From an uncultured delta proteobacterium (GTDB lineage: Bacteria > Desulfobacterota > Binatia > Binatales > Binataceae), in NCBI GenBank assembly GCA_963808235.1, contig CAWEEQ010000004.1:1664001-1728000 (forward strand): a stretch of DNA of 64,000 nt, in the 5' to 3' direction. The position numbers and the translations under genes were made by a program. Below the pieces are notes generated by a model. That model was not told the DNA's origin. It ran no database searches and was given only the letters and a program-made list of their open reading frames with translations. Of this stretch, positions 35,736-45,788 are shown in pieces (within the stretch, counting starts at the first letter, position 1; each line of letters opens with the position of its first letter).

Positions 35736-35802
35736 ATCCTGTGCTCCTGATGTTCGCACTCGCTCGACAGTCACTCGTCTATCTGTCAATAGTTTCAGCC
35801 CC

Positions 35803-37578
35803 ATGGCGTCGAGGAAAGCGTTTCCGAATCGCGCTGTCGCCGCGTCCGCAGCATGTATCCTGATATGCATATTTCTGATCGGGCAGGCCGATGCGCAAGA
35901 TTCCTCCAGGCGTGTGGCGAGATCCGGGTCCACCACGGATTCGGCATTCAAGGCGCAAACGCACGAATTCATCGAAGAGGATTTGCGGCTTTTCCCGCAG
36001 CGTGCGACTGCGCTCGGCGATCATAGATACGACAATCGGCTCAATGATCTCTCCGCGGACGGCTTCGACCGGGTTCTCGTCCATGCCAGAAAGTGGCTGA
36101 AGACGTTCGGCGGTGACAATCCGCGCGACCTGTCGCCCGCAAATGAAGCGGATCGCGAATGGCTGATGGCGGATATCGATGGCGATTTGCTCGATATCGA
36201 ACAGCTTCGCAGCTACCAGCGCGATCCTGGAATGTATTTGCCGACGGCGGCGGTGAACAACCTCGTCAAGCGCGACTTCGCGCCGCTCGCAACCAGGATG
36301 AACTCGGTGACGGCGCGCGAAATCGCCGCGCTCAAAAATCTCGAAGCGGCACGGCGCAATCTGAAGCCCGCGCTGGCGCCAAAAGTCACCATCGACATCG
36401 CGCTGCAGCAGATGCCGGCGACGCTCGGCTTCTTCCGCGATGACGTGCCAGCCGCGTTCGCGAAAGTCGCCGAGGGTCCCGACAAGCGAGCATTCGTACA
36501 GGCGAATGCAAGCCTGGTCGCGGCGATCGAAGACTACGCGCGATGGCTCAAGAGCGATCTCATGCCCACGGCCTCGGGCGACTATGCAATCGGCGCCGAC
36601 GCGTACCGCAGAATGCTGAACGACGCCGACATGGTCGACCTGCCGCTCGAGAAACTCGAACAAGTCGGGGAGACCGAACTCGTGCGGCTTCGCGATGACT
36701 TCCGCAAGACCGCGGCGCTGATCGATCCGACGCGCTCGCCGGCAGAAGTGATGGAATCACTCACGCGGGCTCATCCCGACACGGCGCACGTCATTCCAAC
36801 TGTGGCCGCAGGCCTCTCCGACATTCGCGCATACGTTCTCGCGCATCATCTCGCCACAATCCCGTCGGATATCCTGCCGATGGTACGTGAAACTCCGCCG
36901 TACGCTCGCGCGACCACGTTCGCCTCGATGGATTCGCCGGGACCATTCGAAAAAACAAGTGAGGCATTTTATTACGTCACGCTTCCCGATCCGTCGTGGC
37001 CCGATGCGAAAAAAGAGCAGCTGCTCGCGTTCTATTCGGCGCCAAGTATTTCGGACACCTCGGTGCACGAAGTCTATCCGGGTCATTACGTGCAGTTTCT
37101 CAACAACCGGATGAATCCAGACGTGGTCCGCCAGGTTTACCATTCGGGCGCCGAGGTCGAAGGATGGGGACTTTACTGCGAGCAGATGATGCTCGACGAG
37201 GGACTTCATGGGAGCGATCCGAAATACCGCCTGGCGCAGTTGCAAATGGCGCTGATGCGCGCGTGCCGGTACCTGGTCGGAATCAGGATGCATACGCAGG
37301 GTATGACGGTGGACCAGGCGGCAAAGTTCTTCGAGGACAATGCTTACCAGACTCCGCATAACGCGATGGTCGAAGCGCTGCGCGGGACCGAAGACCCCGG
37401 CTATCTGCGTTACCAGTTGGGCAAGTTGATGATTCTGAAGTTGCGCGAGGACGTCCGCAAACAGCAAGGCGCTGCATTCGACCTCGGTAAATTTCACGAC
37501 GCGTTTCTGCGCCAAGGCGCGATTCCGGTCAAGCTTATCCGCCGCGCGATGCTCGGAAACGACGGTCCCCTGCTCTAG
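35803..37578 (+). CDS. DUF885 family secreted protein (metallopeptidase-like)
   Basis: Signal peptide, ATALGDHRYD, HEVYPGH, EGWGLYCE, Y.LGKL, FHDAFL..G..P. Confidence 0.88.
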   Translation: MASRKAFPNRAVAASAACILICIFLIGQADAQDSSRRVARSGSTTDSAFKAQTHEFIEEDLRLFPQRATALGDHRYDNRLNDLSADGFDRVLVHARKWLKTFGGDNPRDLSPANEADREWLMADIDGDLLDIEQLRSYQRDPGMYLPTAAVNNLVKRDFAPLATRMNSVTAREIAALKNLEAARRNLKPALAPKVTIDIALQQMPATLGFFRDDVPAAFAKVAEGPDKRAFVQANASLVAAIEDYARWLKSDLMPTASGDYAIGADAYRRMLNDADMVDLPLEKLEQVGETELVRLRDDFRKTAALIDPTRSPAEVMESLTRAHPDTAHVIPTVAAGLSDIRAYVLAHHLATIPSDILPMVRETPPYARATTFASMDSPGPFEKTSEAFYYVTLPDPSWPDAKKEQLLAFYSAPSISDTSVHEVYPGHYVQFLNNRMNPDVVRQVYHSGAEVEGWGLYCEQMMLDEGLHGSDPKYRLAQLQMALMRACRYLVGIRMHTQGMTVDQAAKFFEDNAYQTPHNAMVEALRGTEDPGYLRYQLGKLMILKLREDVRKQQGAAFDLGKFHDAFLRQGAIPVKLIRRAMLGNDGPLL

Positions 37579-38357
37579 CTCGCCGCTGCCGCTCGCATCA
37601 GAGTCAACAGTCCGACGATCAGCAGCACACTGCTGAAGTACAATCGCGCGTGGCGCTCGGAGGGCAGCATCTGGGCAAACTGCGGGCCGATCTGTCCTCC
37701 AATCACGACCGCAGGGATCGCCCAGATTGTGATTGCGATTATCTGCGGCAAATCGCTGCGAAGCTCTGCAACCAACGACGGACGCATCCGGCCGATCGCC
37801 GACGCCATGCTGGTAAAGAAGATAATCATCACAAGCGAGCCGATTGCCGCGCCGGGCGTGCGACTCGATCGATGGCGGATAACGGAAGGCATCGCGAGAA
37901 TTCCGATGCCGATCGAGATGAGCCCGGTAAGCGCGCCACCGACGAGCGCGATTGAAGCGGGCACGCGGTCGTGGCGGATGCCCTCGGCACGCATGCCGAG
38001 CGCACGAGCGCCGATCACGACGCTGTACACAATCAGAAACGCACCGAAGAGTGCGACCAGGATTGCTTGATTGACGAATGCTGACGCCCAGCCGCCGGCT
38101 ATCGCCGCAGGTATCGCGAACACCAGGTAGCGGCGCACCAATGGGCCATCGTAGCTGCGATCGCGCCAGTTGCGAATCACGCCGCTGCCGAATCCGAAGA
38201 GCATAGTAAGCAGGCCGAGCCAGAACGCGAGCGGCGCATCGAGTTTGAGCCAGAGCAAATATACCGGCACCCACAACGTCGCGCCGGACACGCCCGCGGA
38301 CATCACGAGTGTGCCGATCGCGATGCCGACGGGGAGCAGGAACCAGTAGTGGAGCAA
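37575..38357 (-). CDS. TSUP / TauE-SafE family membrane transporter
   Basis: Two GxxG-rich hydrophobic repeats (GVSGA; GLISIGIG), about 8 TM segments. Confidence 0.8.
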   Translation of the reverse strand: MLHYWFLLPVGIAIGTLVMSAGVSGATLWVPVYLLWLKLDAPLAFWLGLLTMLFGFGSGVIRNWRDRSYDGPLVRRYLVFAIPAAIAGGWASAFVNQAILVALFGAFLIVYSVVIGARALGMRAEGIRHDRVPASIALVGGALTGLISIGIGILAMPSVIRHRSSRTPGAAIGSLVMIIFFTSMASAIGRMRPSLVAELRSDLPQIIAITIWAIPAVVIGGQIGPQFAQMLPSERHARLYFSSVLLIVGLLTLMRAAAAS

Positions 38358-38424
38358 GAAGGTTTCGACTAAGCCGGGCGAGCGCCGCGCGCCAGACGCT
38401 TCGTACCTCAGTAAAACGCGAACT

Positions 38425-39027
38425 CTACAGCGACGCCTTGATCGGACGGCCGGCGATCACCTCGTCGATGAGTCCGTACTCGACCGCCTGCGCCGCAGAC
38501 ATGAAGTTGTCGCGGTCGGTGTCTTTCTCGATCTTCTTCACGTTCTGGCCGGTGTGATGCGCCAGGATCTCGTTCAGGATCTCGCGCAGGCGAAGCGCCT
38601 CACGCGCGTGAATCTCGATATCGCTCGCCTGCCCTTCGAATCCGCCGGAGACCTGATGAATCAGAATCCGCGAATGCGGCAGCGAGTAGCGCCTGCCCTT
38701 GGCGCCTGCGCAAAGCAGCAGCGAGCCCATGCTGGCGGCTTGCCCCACGCATAGGGTCGAGACCGGCGGCTTCACGAATTGCATCGTGTCGTAAATCGCC
38801 AGACCCGCAGTGACCGAACCGCCCGGCGAGTTGATATACATATTGATCTCGCGTTCGGGATCTTCGGATTCGAGAAACAGGAGTTGCGCGGTGACCAGGT
38901 TAGCGACGTCATCGGTGACGGTGCCGCCCAGGAATACGATTCTGTCCTTGAGCAGCCTCGAGTAGATGTCGTAAGAGCGCTCGCCGCGTCCGGTCTGCTC
39001 GACTACATATGGAACCAGTACACTCAT
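38425..39027 (-). CDS. clpP: ATP-dependent Clp protease proteolytic subunit
   Basis: [47 protein letters not shown]. Confidence 0.97.
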   Translation of the reverse strand: MSVLVPYVVEQTGRGERSYDIYSRLLKDRIVFLGGTVTDDVANLVTAQLLFLESEDPEREINMYINSPGGSVTAGLAIYDTMQFVKPPVSTLCVGQAASMGSLLLCAGAKGRRYSLPHSRILIHQVSGGFEGQASDIEIHAREALRLREILNEILAHHTGQNVKKIEKDTDRDNFMSAAQAVEYGLIDEVIAGRPIKASL

Positions 39028-39063
39028 GAATACCAAGGTACTATTTGGATACAGCTATAGGAA

Positions 39064-39600
39064 GTGGCGATGAGGTTCAAAAGGAATAGCCCGCTCTGGC
39101 AACGATCGTTGATGCTCGCGTCGGCGATGTTCTGGCCGTTGATGTGCGTTGCGAAGGCATCGGCGGCGCCGCCGATGGACAAGCACTACTATTTGCCCGA
39201 TGCGGCAGGATCGAAGATTGTGTCGGTCTCCAAGGAAGGGAAGCCGGAGGCGGAAGTGATCGTGCTGACCGAGGCGGTTGCGATCAAGGAAACCGGCCCG
39301 AAAGAGACGGTTGCGAAGTTCGGCGAGGTCTACGCGTTCTCGCCCACGTTTATCGCGGTTCGGCGCGAGCAGCCCACGATGCTGACATTTTGGAATCTGC
39401 AGCCCGACGACGAGCATGACTTCATGCTCACGGCGCCCGACTCGCGCGTGCTGATGCATCTGAAACTGCTACCGCTGACGAAGACCTCGTACGTATTCAC
39501 GTTTCACGAGGAGGGAATCTTCAGCTTCTACTGCGCGGTGCATCAGCCGGAGATGAACGGGCAGATCCTCGTACTGCCTGCCGCGCAAGCGAAAAACTAG
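39064..39600 (+). CDS. Secreted cupredoxin-domain protein
   Basis: Signal peptide, FSP, EHDF, YCAVHQPEM (Cys-X2-His-X3-Met type-1 copper loop). Confidence 0.8.
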   Translation: MAMRFKRNSPLWQRSLMLASAMFWPLMCVAKASAAPPMDKHYYLPDAAGSKIVSVSKEGKPEAEVIVLTEAVAIKETGPKETVAKFGEVYAFSPTFIAVRREQPTMLTFWNLQPDDEHDFMLTAPDSRVLMHLKLLPLTKTSYVFTFHEEGIFSFYCAVHQPEMNGQILVLPAAQAKN

Positions 39601-41048
39601 CGTGCGGATTCGATCGGGCGGACTGCGGCGTTCAGGCGATCGACGGTGCGGCGCTTGCCGAGGACTCCGATCACTTCGTAGATCCCGGGGCTCACGGTGC
39701 CGCCGGTGATCGCGACGCGGACCGGCTGCGCGAGCTGTCCGAGCTTCAAGTTGAATCGGGCGAGCACGTCCTCGAAGACCGCCTGCGCCGACGCTTCCGA
39801 GAGTTCGCCTTCGTGCGCTTCGACCGCCTCGGCCAGCGCGCGCATCGGTTCCAGGATCTCGGGCTTCAGGAACTTGGCCGCCGCCTTTGGATCGATCTCG
39901 ATTTGATCCTTCAAATAGAACGACGCGAAGTCGGCCAGCTCGAGCAGCGTTTTGGCGCGCTCGCGCAGCGTCGCGAGCATTTTTTCGAGCCATGCGTCGT
40001 CGCCGGGAATAGGAAATCCGCGCTTCTCGATGAACGGCCGGACCTCGTGCGCGAGCTGCGCGAGCGGACGTTCCTTCATGTAATGGAAATTCAGCCACAG
40101 CAATTTTTCAGGATTGAAAATGCCGGGCGATTTGCCGCATGCGTCGAAGTCGAAGAACTCGACCAGCTCGGGCTTCGAAAAGATCTCCTGATCGCCGTGC
40201 GACCATCCGAGCCGCGCCAGGTAGTTGAGCATCGCCTCCGGAAAATACCCGCCGGCGCGATACTCGCTCACCGAGGTCGCGCCGTGGCGCTTTGAGAGCC
40301 GCTCGCCGTCACTGCCGAGCACTTGCGGCAGATGCGCAAATGCGGGCGGCGTGAATCCGAGCGCCAGCGAAATCTGGATTTGCCGCGGCGTATTCGTCAC
40401 ATGATCGTCGCCGCGAACGACGTGCGTCACCTTGAAGTCTGCCTCGTCGACGACGGTCGTGTAGTTGTAGGTCGGCGCGCCATCGGATCGCATAATGATC
40501 AGATCGTCGAGCTCGGCATTGTCGAACACGGTGCGGCCGCGGACCAAGTCGTCGAGAACCGTTTCACCCGCCAGAGGCATCGCAAAACGAATCGAATAAT
40601 TGCGGCCGTCCGCGCGATCGGGAAGCGAGAGGTCGAGCGGAAAATCGAGCCCGCGGCATTTGCGATCGTAAACCGGCTTGCGATGCTCCTTCTGCGCCGC
40701 TTTGCGCTTGGCGTCGAGTTCCTCGGGCGTGCAGTAGCAGGGATACGCCTTGCGCTCGCGCAGCAACTGGCGCGCGCATTCGCGATAGCGGTCGCTCCGG
40801 TTCGATTCGAAATAGCGCGGGTCGGGCGGACCCTCGTCCCATTCCATGCCGAGCCATTTCAGATCGGCCAGGATCTCTTCGAGCGATTCGGCCGTCGACC
40901 GCACGCGGTCGGTATCGTCGATCCGCAGGATGAACTGGCCGTGGGTGTGGCGCGCGTACAGATATGCGAACAGGCCCGAACGAACGTTGCCGATATGCAG
41001 CGAGCCGGTCGGACTCGGCGCGAAACGAGTGCGGACGGCCACTGTCAT
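39597..41048 (-). CDS. gltX: Glutamate--tRNA ligase
   Basis: RFAPSPTG.LHIGN, RIDDTD, CYC, RGDDH, RLSKRHG. Confidence 0.96.
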   Translation of the reverse strand: MTVAVRTRFAPSPTGSLHIGNVRSGLFAYLYARHTHGQFILRIDDTDRVRSTAESLEEILADLKWLGMEWDEGPPDPRYFESNRSDRYRECARQLLRERKAYPCYCTPEELDAKRKAAQKEHRKPVYDRKCRGLDFPLDLSLPDRADGRNYSIRFAMPLAGETVLDDLVRGRTVFDNAELDDLIIMRSDGAPTYNYTTVVDEADFKVTHVVRGDDHVTNTPRQIQISLALGFTPPAFAHLPQVLGSDGERLSKRHGATSVSEYRAGGYFPEAMLNYLARLGWSHGDQEIFSKPELVEFFDFDACGKSPGIFNPEKLLWLNFHYMKERPLAQLAHEVRPFIEKRGFPIPGDDAWLEKMLATLRERAKTLLELADFASFYLKDQIEIDPKAAAKFLKPEILEPMRALAEAVEAHEGELSEASAQAVFEDVLARFNLKLGQLAQPVRVAITGGTVSPGIYEVIGVLGKRRTVDRLNAAVRPIESAR

Positions 41049-42577
41049 TCCCACTCGATGGTCGCGGGCGGCTTTGACGTGATGTCGTAAACGACGCGGT
41101 TGACGCCCTTCACTTCGTTGGTGATCCGGCTGGACACTCGTGCGAGGAAGTCAGGATCCAGCCGCGCCCAGTCGGCGGTCATTCCGTCGAGTGATTCGAC
41201 CGCTCGAATCGCGATCACGCTTTCGTAGCTGCGCCCGTCGCCCATCACCCCGACCGTCTTCAGCGGCAGCAGCACGGCAAACGCCTGCCATAGTTTGAGT
41301 CCGAAGCCGGCGGCGGAAGTTTCCTCCATGACGATCGCGTCGGCGCGGCGCAGCAGATCGAGTCGTTCGCGAGTGACCTCGCCGACGATTCGGACCGCGA
41401 GTCCGGGGCCAGGGAACGGCTCGCGATCGACAACTTCCGGCGCGAGCCCGAGTTGGCGGCCGGCCTCGCGCACTTCGTCCTTGAACAACTCGCGCAATGG
41501 CTCCACGAGCTGGAGATGCATCAGCTCGGGCAATCCGCCGACATTGTGATGACTCTTGATCACAGCCGACGGTCCCTTAAACGACACCGACTCGATCACG
41601 TCGGGGTAGAGGGTACCCTGGCCTAGAAATTTTGCGTCGCCGAGCGCACGCGCCTCTTTTTCGAAGACCTCGATAAACGTATGGCCGATGATGCGGCGCT
41701 TCTTTTCGGGATCGAGTACGTCGGCGAGCCGCGAGATGAAAAGATCGGACGCGTCGACGACGCGCAAATCCAGACCGAGCTGGCGCGCGAAGACGTGCTC
41801 CATGCGCTCGCGCTCGCCGGCGCGCAAAAGACCGGTGTCGACAAAAACCGATTCGAGACGCGCGCCTATCGCGCGATGAATCAGCGCGGCGGCGACCGAA
41901 GAATCGACGCCACCGGAAAGGCCCATCAGGACTTTGCCGGCCGGGCCGACCTGGGCGCGTATTTCGGCAAGCTTGGTCTCGACGAAGTTGGCCATCGTCC
42001 AATCGCCGGGCTCGCTGCAAATGTTCAGTACGAAGTTGCGTAGCACGCGCGCGCCGCACGGAGTGTGCACCACTTCGGGATGGAACTGGATGCCGCGGAT
42101 ACGGCCGTCGCGAGTCTTGAAGGCGGCGTACGGCGAGTTGCCGCTGTGCGCGATGGACGTGAGCGAGTCGGGAATCGCCTCGACGCGATCGCCGTGGCTC
42201 ATCCAGACGCGATGCTCGCGGCCGGCGAGTCCTTCGAAGAGCGCGTCGTCGCCATCGATGGTCAAGGTGGCGGGTCCGTACTCGCGCGCGCGCGATCCCA
42301 CGCTGCGGGCGCCCATGTGCTGCGCGATAACGTAGAGGCCGTAGCAGATTCCGAGCACCGGACAGCCAATCTTGAGCACCTCGTCCGAGATATCTGGTGC
42401 GTTTTCCTCGTACAGGCTCGCCGGTCCGCCGGAAAGAATTATCCCGCGCGGGTTCAGCGCGCGGATTTTCTCCGGCGCGAGATTGAACGGATGAAGCTCG
42501 CAATACACGTTGGCCTCGCGCACGCGGCGCGCGATTAACTGGGTGTATTGGCTCCCGAAATCAAGAATCAGGATCAC
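41045..42577 (-). CDS. guaA: GMP synthase (glutamine-hydrolysing)
   Basis: DFGSQYTQLIARR, GICYG, QFHPEV, SGGVDS, KSHHNVGG, KPPATIEWE. Confidence 0.97.
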   Translation of the reverse strand: MILILDFGSQYTQLIARRVREANVYCELHPFNLAPEKIRALNPRGIILSGGPASLYEENAPDISDEVLKIGCPVLGICYGLYVIAQHMGARSVGSRAREYGPATLTIDGDDALFEGLAGREHRVWMSHGDRVEAIPDSLTSIAHSGNSPYAAFKTRDGRIRGIQFHPEVVHTPCGARVLRNFVLNICSEPGDWTMANFVETKLAEIRAQVGPAGKVLMGLSGGVDSSVAAALIHRAIGARLESVFVDTGLLRAGERERMEHVFARQLGLDLRVVDASDLFISRLADVLDPEKKRRIIGHTFIEVFEKEARALGDAKFLGQGTLYPDVIESVSFKGPSAVIKSHHNVGGLPELMHLQLVEPLRELFKDEVREAGRQLGLAPEVVDREPFPGPGLAVRIVGEVTRERLDLLRRADAIVMEETSAAGFGLKLWQAFAVLLPLKTVGVMGDGRSYESVIAIRAVESLDGMTADWARLDPDFLARVSSRITNEVKGVNRVVYDITSKPPATIEWE

Positions 42578-42698
42578 TAAACGATTCCCGCCACGGCGCG
42601 ATTGAAGATGATCACGAAATTGCCTTGAGAAAGAAATATACCGGACACGACGCGCGGTAAGAAACCGGCCGCGCGGCGCGCATCAACAGCCGGCATCG

Positions 42699-44162
42699 TT
42701 AGGCGCGTGCGGACTTCTTCGCCGGCCGCGGACGGCTCGGACGCTTGCCTCGATTTCCGGCGGGAGGAACACCCTTCACCCAGGAGCGTCCGGTGCGGCG
42801 AAAATCAAGCCGCAGGGGCGTCCCGACCAGCGCCAACGATTTGCGAAACCGCGATTCGAGGAAGCGCACATAATGCGCCGGGATACCGCGCTCGACGTTG
42901 GTGAAAAATCGCAAACGCGGCGGCGCGCTCGCGACCTGCGTCACGTACATCAGATTGAGCTGTCGGCGATCGACCTGCGGCGGATCCATCGCAGCGGTCG
43001 CTTCGGCAAGAGTACGATTGAGAAGCGAGGTTTGAAACTTCGCGCGCCACGAATCTCCCGCGAGAGTCGCAGCCTGAATGATTCCGTCGACCCCGTCGCC
43101 GGTGACGGCCGAAGTGAAGAGCATCGTCGCGTAGTCGAGAAAGGGGTAACGCTCATGCGCATCGCGCATAAAGGTTGCAACCTTGCGTCCAAGCTTCGCG
43201 GCTGCGTCCCACTTGTTGCACACGATCACCATCGCTCGATCGTTGCTGTCGGAGAGACGCGCGAGGCGCACGTCCTGGTCGGTGATACCTTCGGTCACGT
43301 CGATTACCAGAAGCACCACGTCGGCGCGCCGAATCGTTTCGATCGCGCGGCCGACCGAATGATGCTCGAGCTCGCCCTCGACTCGCGGCGGGCGGCGGAT
43401 TCCGGCGGTATCGATCAGCAGCACCTCGCGGCCGTGCGCGGAAAGACTCACGTCGACGGGATCGCGCGTGGTGCCTGGAGTCTCGTCGACGATCGCGCGA
43501 TCGAAACCCGAGAGGCGGTTCAGCAACGAGGACTTCCCGACGTTGGGGCGTCCGATCAGCGCGAGCTTAAGGTCCGGGTGCTGTGCGACGGCGTCGTCTC
43601 GCTCCGGGAGCTTCGCGACGACCTCATCGAGAAGTTCGTCGACACCGCGTCCATGCGCTGCCGAAACGAAAAACAATTCGTCGGCGCCAAGCTTGTAAAA
43701 TTCCGCGGCCTGGGCTTCATTCCCGGGCCGATCGATCTTGTTGACCGCCATGATGAGCGGGCACCCGGTTTCGCGAACGAGCGCGAGCGCTTCAGCATCG
43801 GCGTTGCTGAGTCCCGACTTGCCGTCGAAAATAAACACCACCACGTCCGCAACACCGACGGCGGCAAGCGCCTCGCGCACGATTCGCTCGGTCATTCGCT
43901 CGCGCCCGCCGAGCTCGAGTCCGCCGCTATCCACGAGCACGAACTCACGCCCGCTGTGTTGCGCGCGCGCGAAGTTGAGATCGCGAGTGGTGCCTGGAAT
44001 CGCGCTGGTGATAGCGCGGCCGCCCTTCGCGATTCGATTGAAGAGCGTCGACTTGCCCGCATTCGCGCGCCCTACCAGCACAACCGCGGCAAGGCCTTCG
44101 GCCGCAAGCCGTCGAGCTTCAACGCCGGCGCCTGCTGCCGCCGATCTGCGCGGCGCGGTCAT
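42699..44162 (-). CDS. der: Ribosome biogenesis GTPase Der (EngA)
   Basis: Two G domains (GRANAGKS, GRPNVGKS), GTTRD twice, KH-like PP.L..F C-terminus. Confidence 0.95.
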   Translation of the reverse strand: MTAPRRSAAAGAGVEARRLAAEGLAAVVLVGRANAGKSTLFNRIAKGGRAITSAIPGTTRDLNFARAQHSGREFVLVDSGGLELGGRERMTERIVREALAAVGVADVVVFIFDGKSGLSNADAEALALVRETGCPLIMAVNKIDRPGNEAQAAEFYKLGADELFFVSAAHGRGVDELLDEVVAKLPERDDAVAQHPDLKLALIGRPNVGKSSLLNRLSGFDRAIVDETPGTTRDPVDVSLSAHGREVLLIDTAGIRRPPRVEGELEHHSVGRAIETIRRADVVLLVIDVTEGITDQDVRLARLSDSNDRAMVIVCNKWDAAAKLGRKVATFMRDAHERYPFLDYATMLFTSAVTGDGVDGIIQAATLAGDSWRAKFQTSLLNRTLAEATAAMDPPQVDRRQLNLMYVTQVASAPPRLRFFTNVERGIPAHYVRFLESRFRKSLALVGTPLRLDFRRTGRSWVKGVPPAGNRGKRPSRPRPAKKSARA

Positions 44163-45052
44163 AGTCCGAACTCCGCGAGCTTGCGCGGATCGCGTGTCCA
44201 GTCTCGCTCGACCTTCACAATCACCTCGAGGAACACGCGCGCACCGAGAATCTGTTCGAGCTCGAGCCTCGCCGCGGTGCCGATCTCCTTGAGCGTGCGA
44301 CCGCCGGCGCCAATCAGCATCCCTTTGTGCGATTCGCGATCGACGACGACCGTCGCGCGAATCTTCTTCAAGTTGCGCTCCGCGTCCTCTTCGAAATTTT
44401 CGACCCTTACCGCGGTCGAGAACGGAATCTCCTGGCGCATCGTGAGAAATACTTTCTCGCGCACGATCTCCTCGGCGATCATCCGCTCGGTCTGATCGGT
44501 GTACTCGTCGGGCGACATCAGCGCCGGGCTTATCGGAAGCATGCGCTTGATCGTGACCAGCAACTCGTCGACGTTCTCGCCGGTGCGCGCGCTGATCGGC
44601 ACGATCTCGGCGCCGGGAAAGCCGCGGTTGATCTCCTCGATGGTCGGGAGCAGCCGCGCCCGCGCGACGCGATCGATCTTGTTGATCACCACGATCGTCG
44701 GATGCTTGAGCGCGCGAATATCCACCAGCACCGCGCGATCGCCGGCATTCAGACTCTCGCCCGCCTCGACCAGGGCGAGAATGACTTCGCCTTCGGCGAG
44801 CGCGCGCCGCGCCACCTGCACCATCCGATGGTTCAGTTCTTTCTTCGGAATATGAAGCCCCGGCGTATCGATCAGCAGGAGTTGCGCGTCGGGGTCGCTG
44901 CGGATTCCCAAAATGCGCCGGCGCGTAGTTTGCGGGCGCGGCGTCACAATCGCAACCTTGTGCCCGACGATTCGGTTTACCAGCGTCGACTTGCCAACGT
45001 TGGTGCGACCGCCCACCGCGACGAAGCCTGCCCGATGCGCGCCCTCAGCCAT
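44159..45052 (-). CDS. era: GTPase Era
   Basis: GRTNVGKSTL, QTTR, DTPG, NKID, EIPF, IGAGG. Confidence 0.96.
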   Translation of the reverse strand: MAEGAHRAGFVAVGGRTNVGKSTLVNRIVGHKVAIVTPRPQTTRRRILGIRSDPDAQLLLIDTPGLHIPKKELNHRMVQVARRALAEGEVILALVEAGESLNAGDRAVLVDIRALKHPTIVVINKIDRVARARLLPTIEEINRGFPGAEIVPISARTGENVDELLVTIKRMLPISPALMSPDEYTDQTERMIAEEIVREKVFLTMRQEIPFSTAVRVENFEEDAERNLKKIRATVVVDRESHKGMLIGAGGRTLKEIGTAARLELEQILGARVFLEVIVKVERDWTRDPRKLAEFGL

Positions 45053-45788
45053 TGCGCTCACCGCGCTCCTCTTCGATCTGGTCGAGCGCGAGGCGCGCAG
45101 CAGCCTGCTCGCTCTGCTTCTTGCTGCCGCCCTCGCCCACCCCGAGATCGCGGCCCGCAATTCTGATCCGGCTGGTGAAGCGCTTGGCGTGATCGGGTCC
45201 TTCGGTCGCGATCAGTTCGTAGACCGGCTGCGCGCGGTAGTGGCGATACGCGATTTCCTGCAGCTCGGTTTTGTAATCACGTTCGGCTGCCGGGCCGCCG
45301 ATGTCGTCGGTGAACAGCCGCTCGACCACCTGCTGCGCCGGAGTCAATCCCGAGTCCATATAAATCGCGCCGATCACTGCTTCGAACGCGGCGGCGAGAA
45401 TCGAGGTCTTCTCGCGTCCGCCGCTTTTTTCCTCGCCCTTACCGAGTCTCAGCATCTCATTCAACTCTATTGATTGCGCTTTCAGAGCCAGCGTGCGCGC
45501 ATTGACGATCGAAGCTCGCTGCTTCGAGAGCGGGCCCTCCTTCGCAGTCGGAAATTTCCGCATCAGCAGGTCGGCGATCGCAAGATCGAGGACCGCATCG
45601 CCAAGGAATTCCAGACGCTCGTAATGAAAATCGCTGCCGACCGCCGCACTCGGATGCGTCAGTGCCGTTTCGAGCAACTGCGCCCTGGTGAAGTTGTAGC
45701 CGAGCGTGCGCTCGATCTTGGTGCGAGATTTTTCAGGAGGCTCGGCTGGCGGCAGTACCGGTCGCGCACGCCCGAACAATCTCCCCAC
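45045..45788 (-). CDS. rnc: Ribonuclease III
   Basis: ALTHPS, ERLEFLGDAVL, EAVIGAIY.D, DYKT.LQE dsRBD; start approximate. Confidence 0.95.
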   Translation of the reverse strand: MGRLFGRARPVLPPAEPPEKSRTKIERTLGYNFTRAQLLETALTHPSAAVGSDFHYERLEFLGDAVLDLAIADLLMRKFPTAKEGPLSKQRASIVNARTLALKAQSIELNEMLRLGKGEEKSGGREKTSILAAAFEAVIGAIYMDSGLTPAQQVVERLFTDDIGGPAAERDYKTELQEIAYRHYRAQPVYELIATEGPDHAKRFTSRIRIAGRDLGVGEGGSKKQSEQAAARLALDQIEEERGERNG

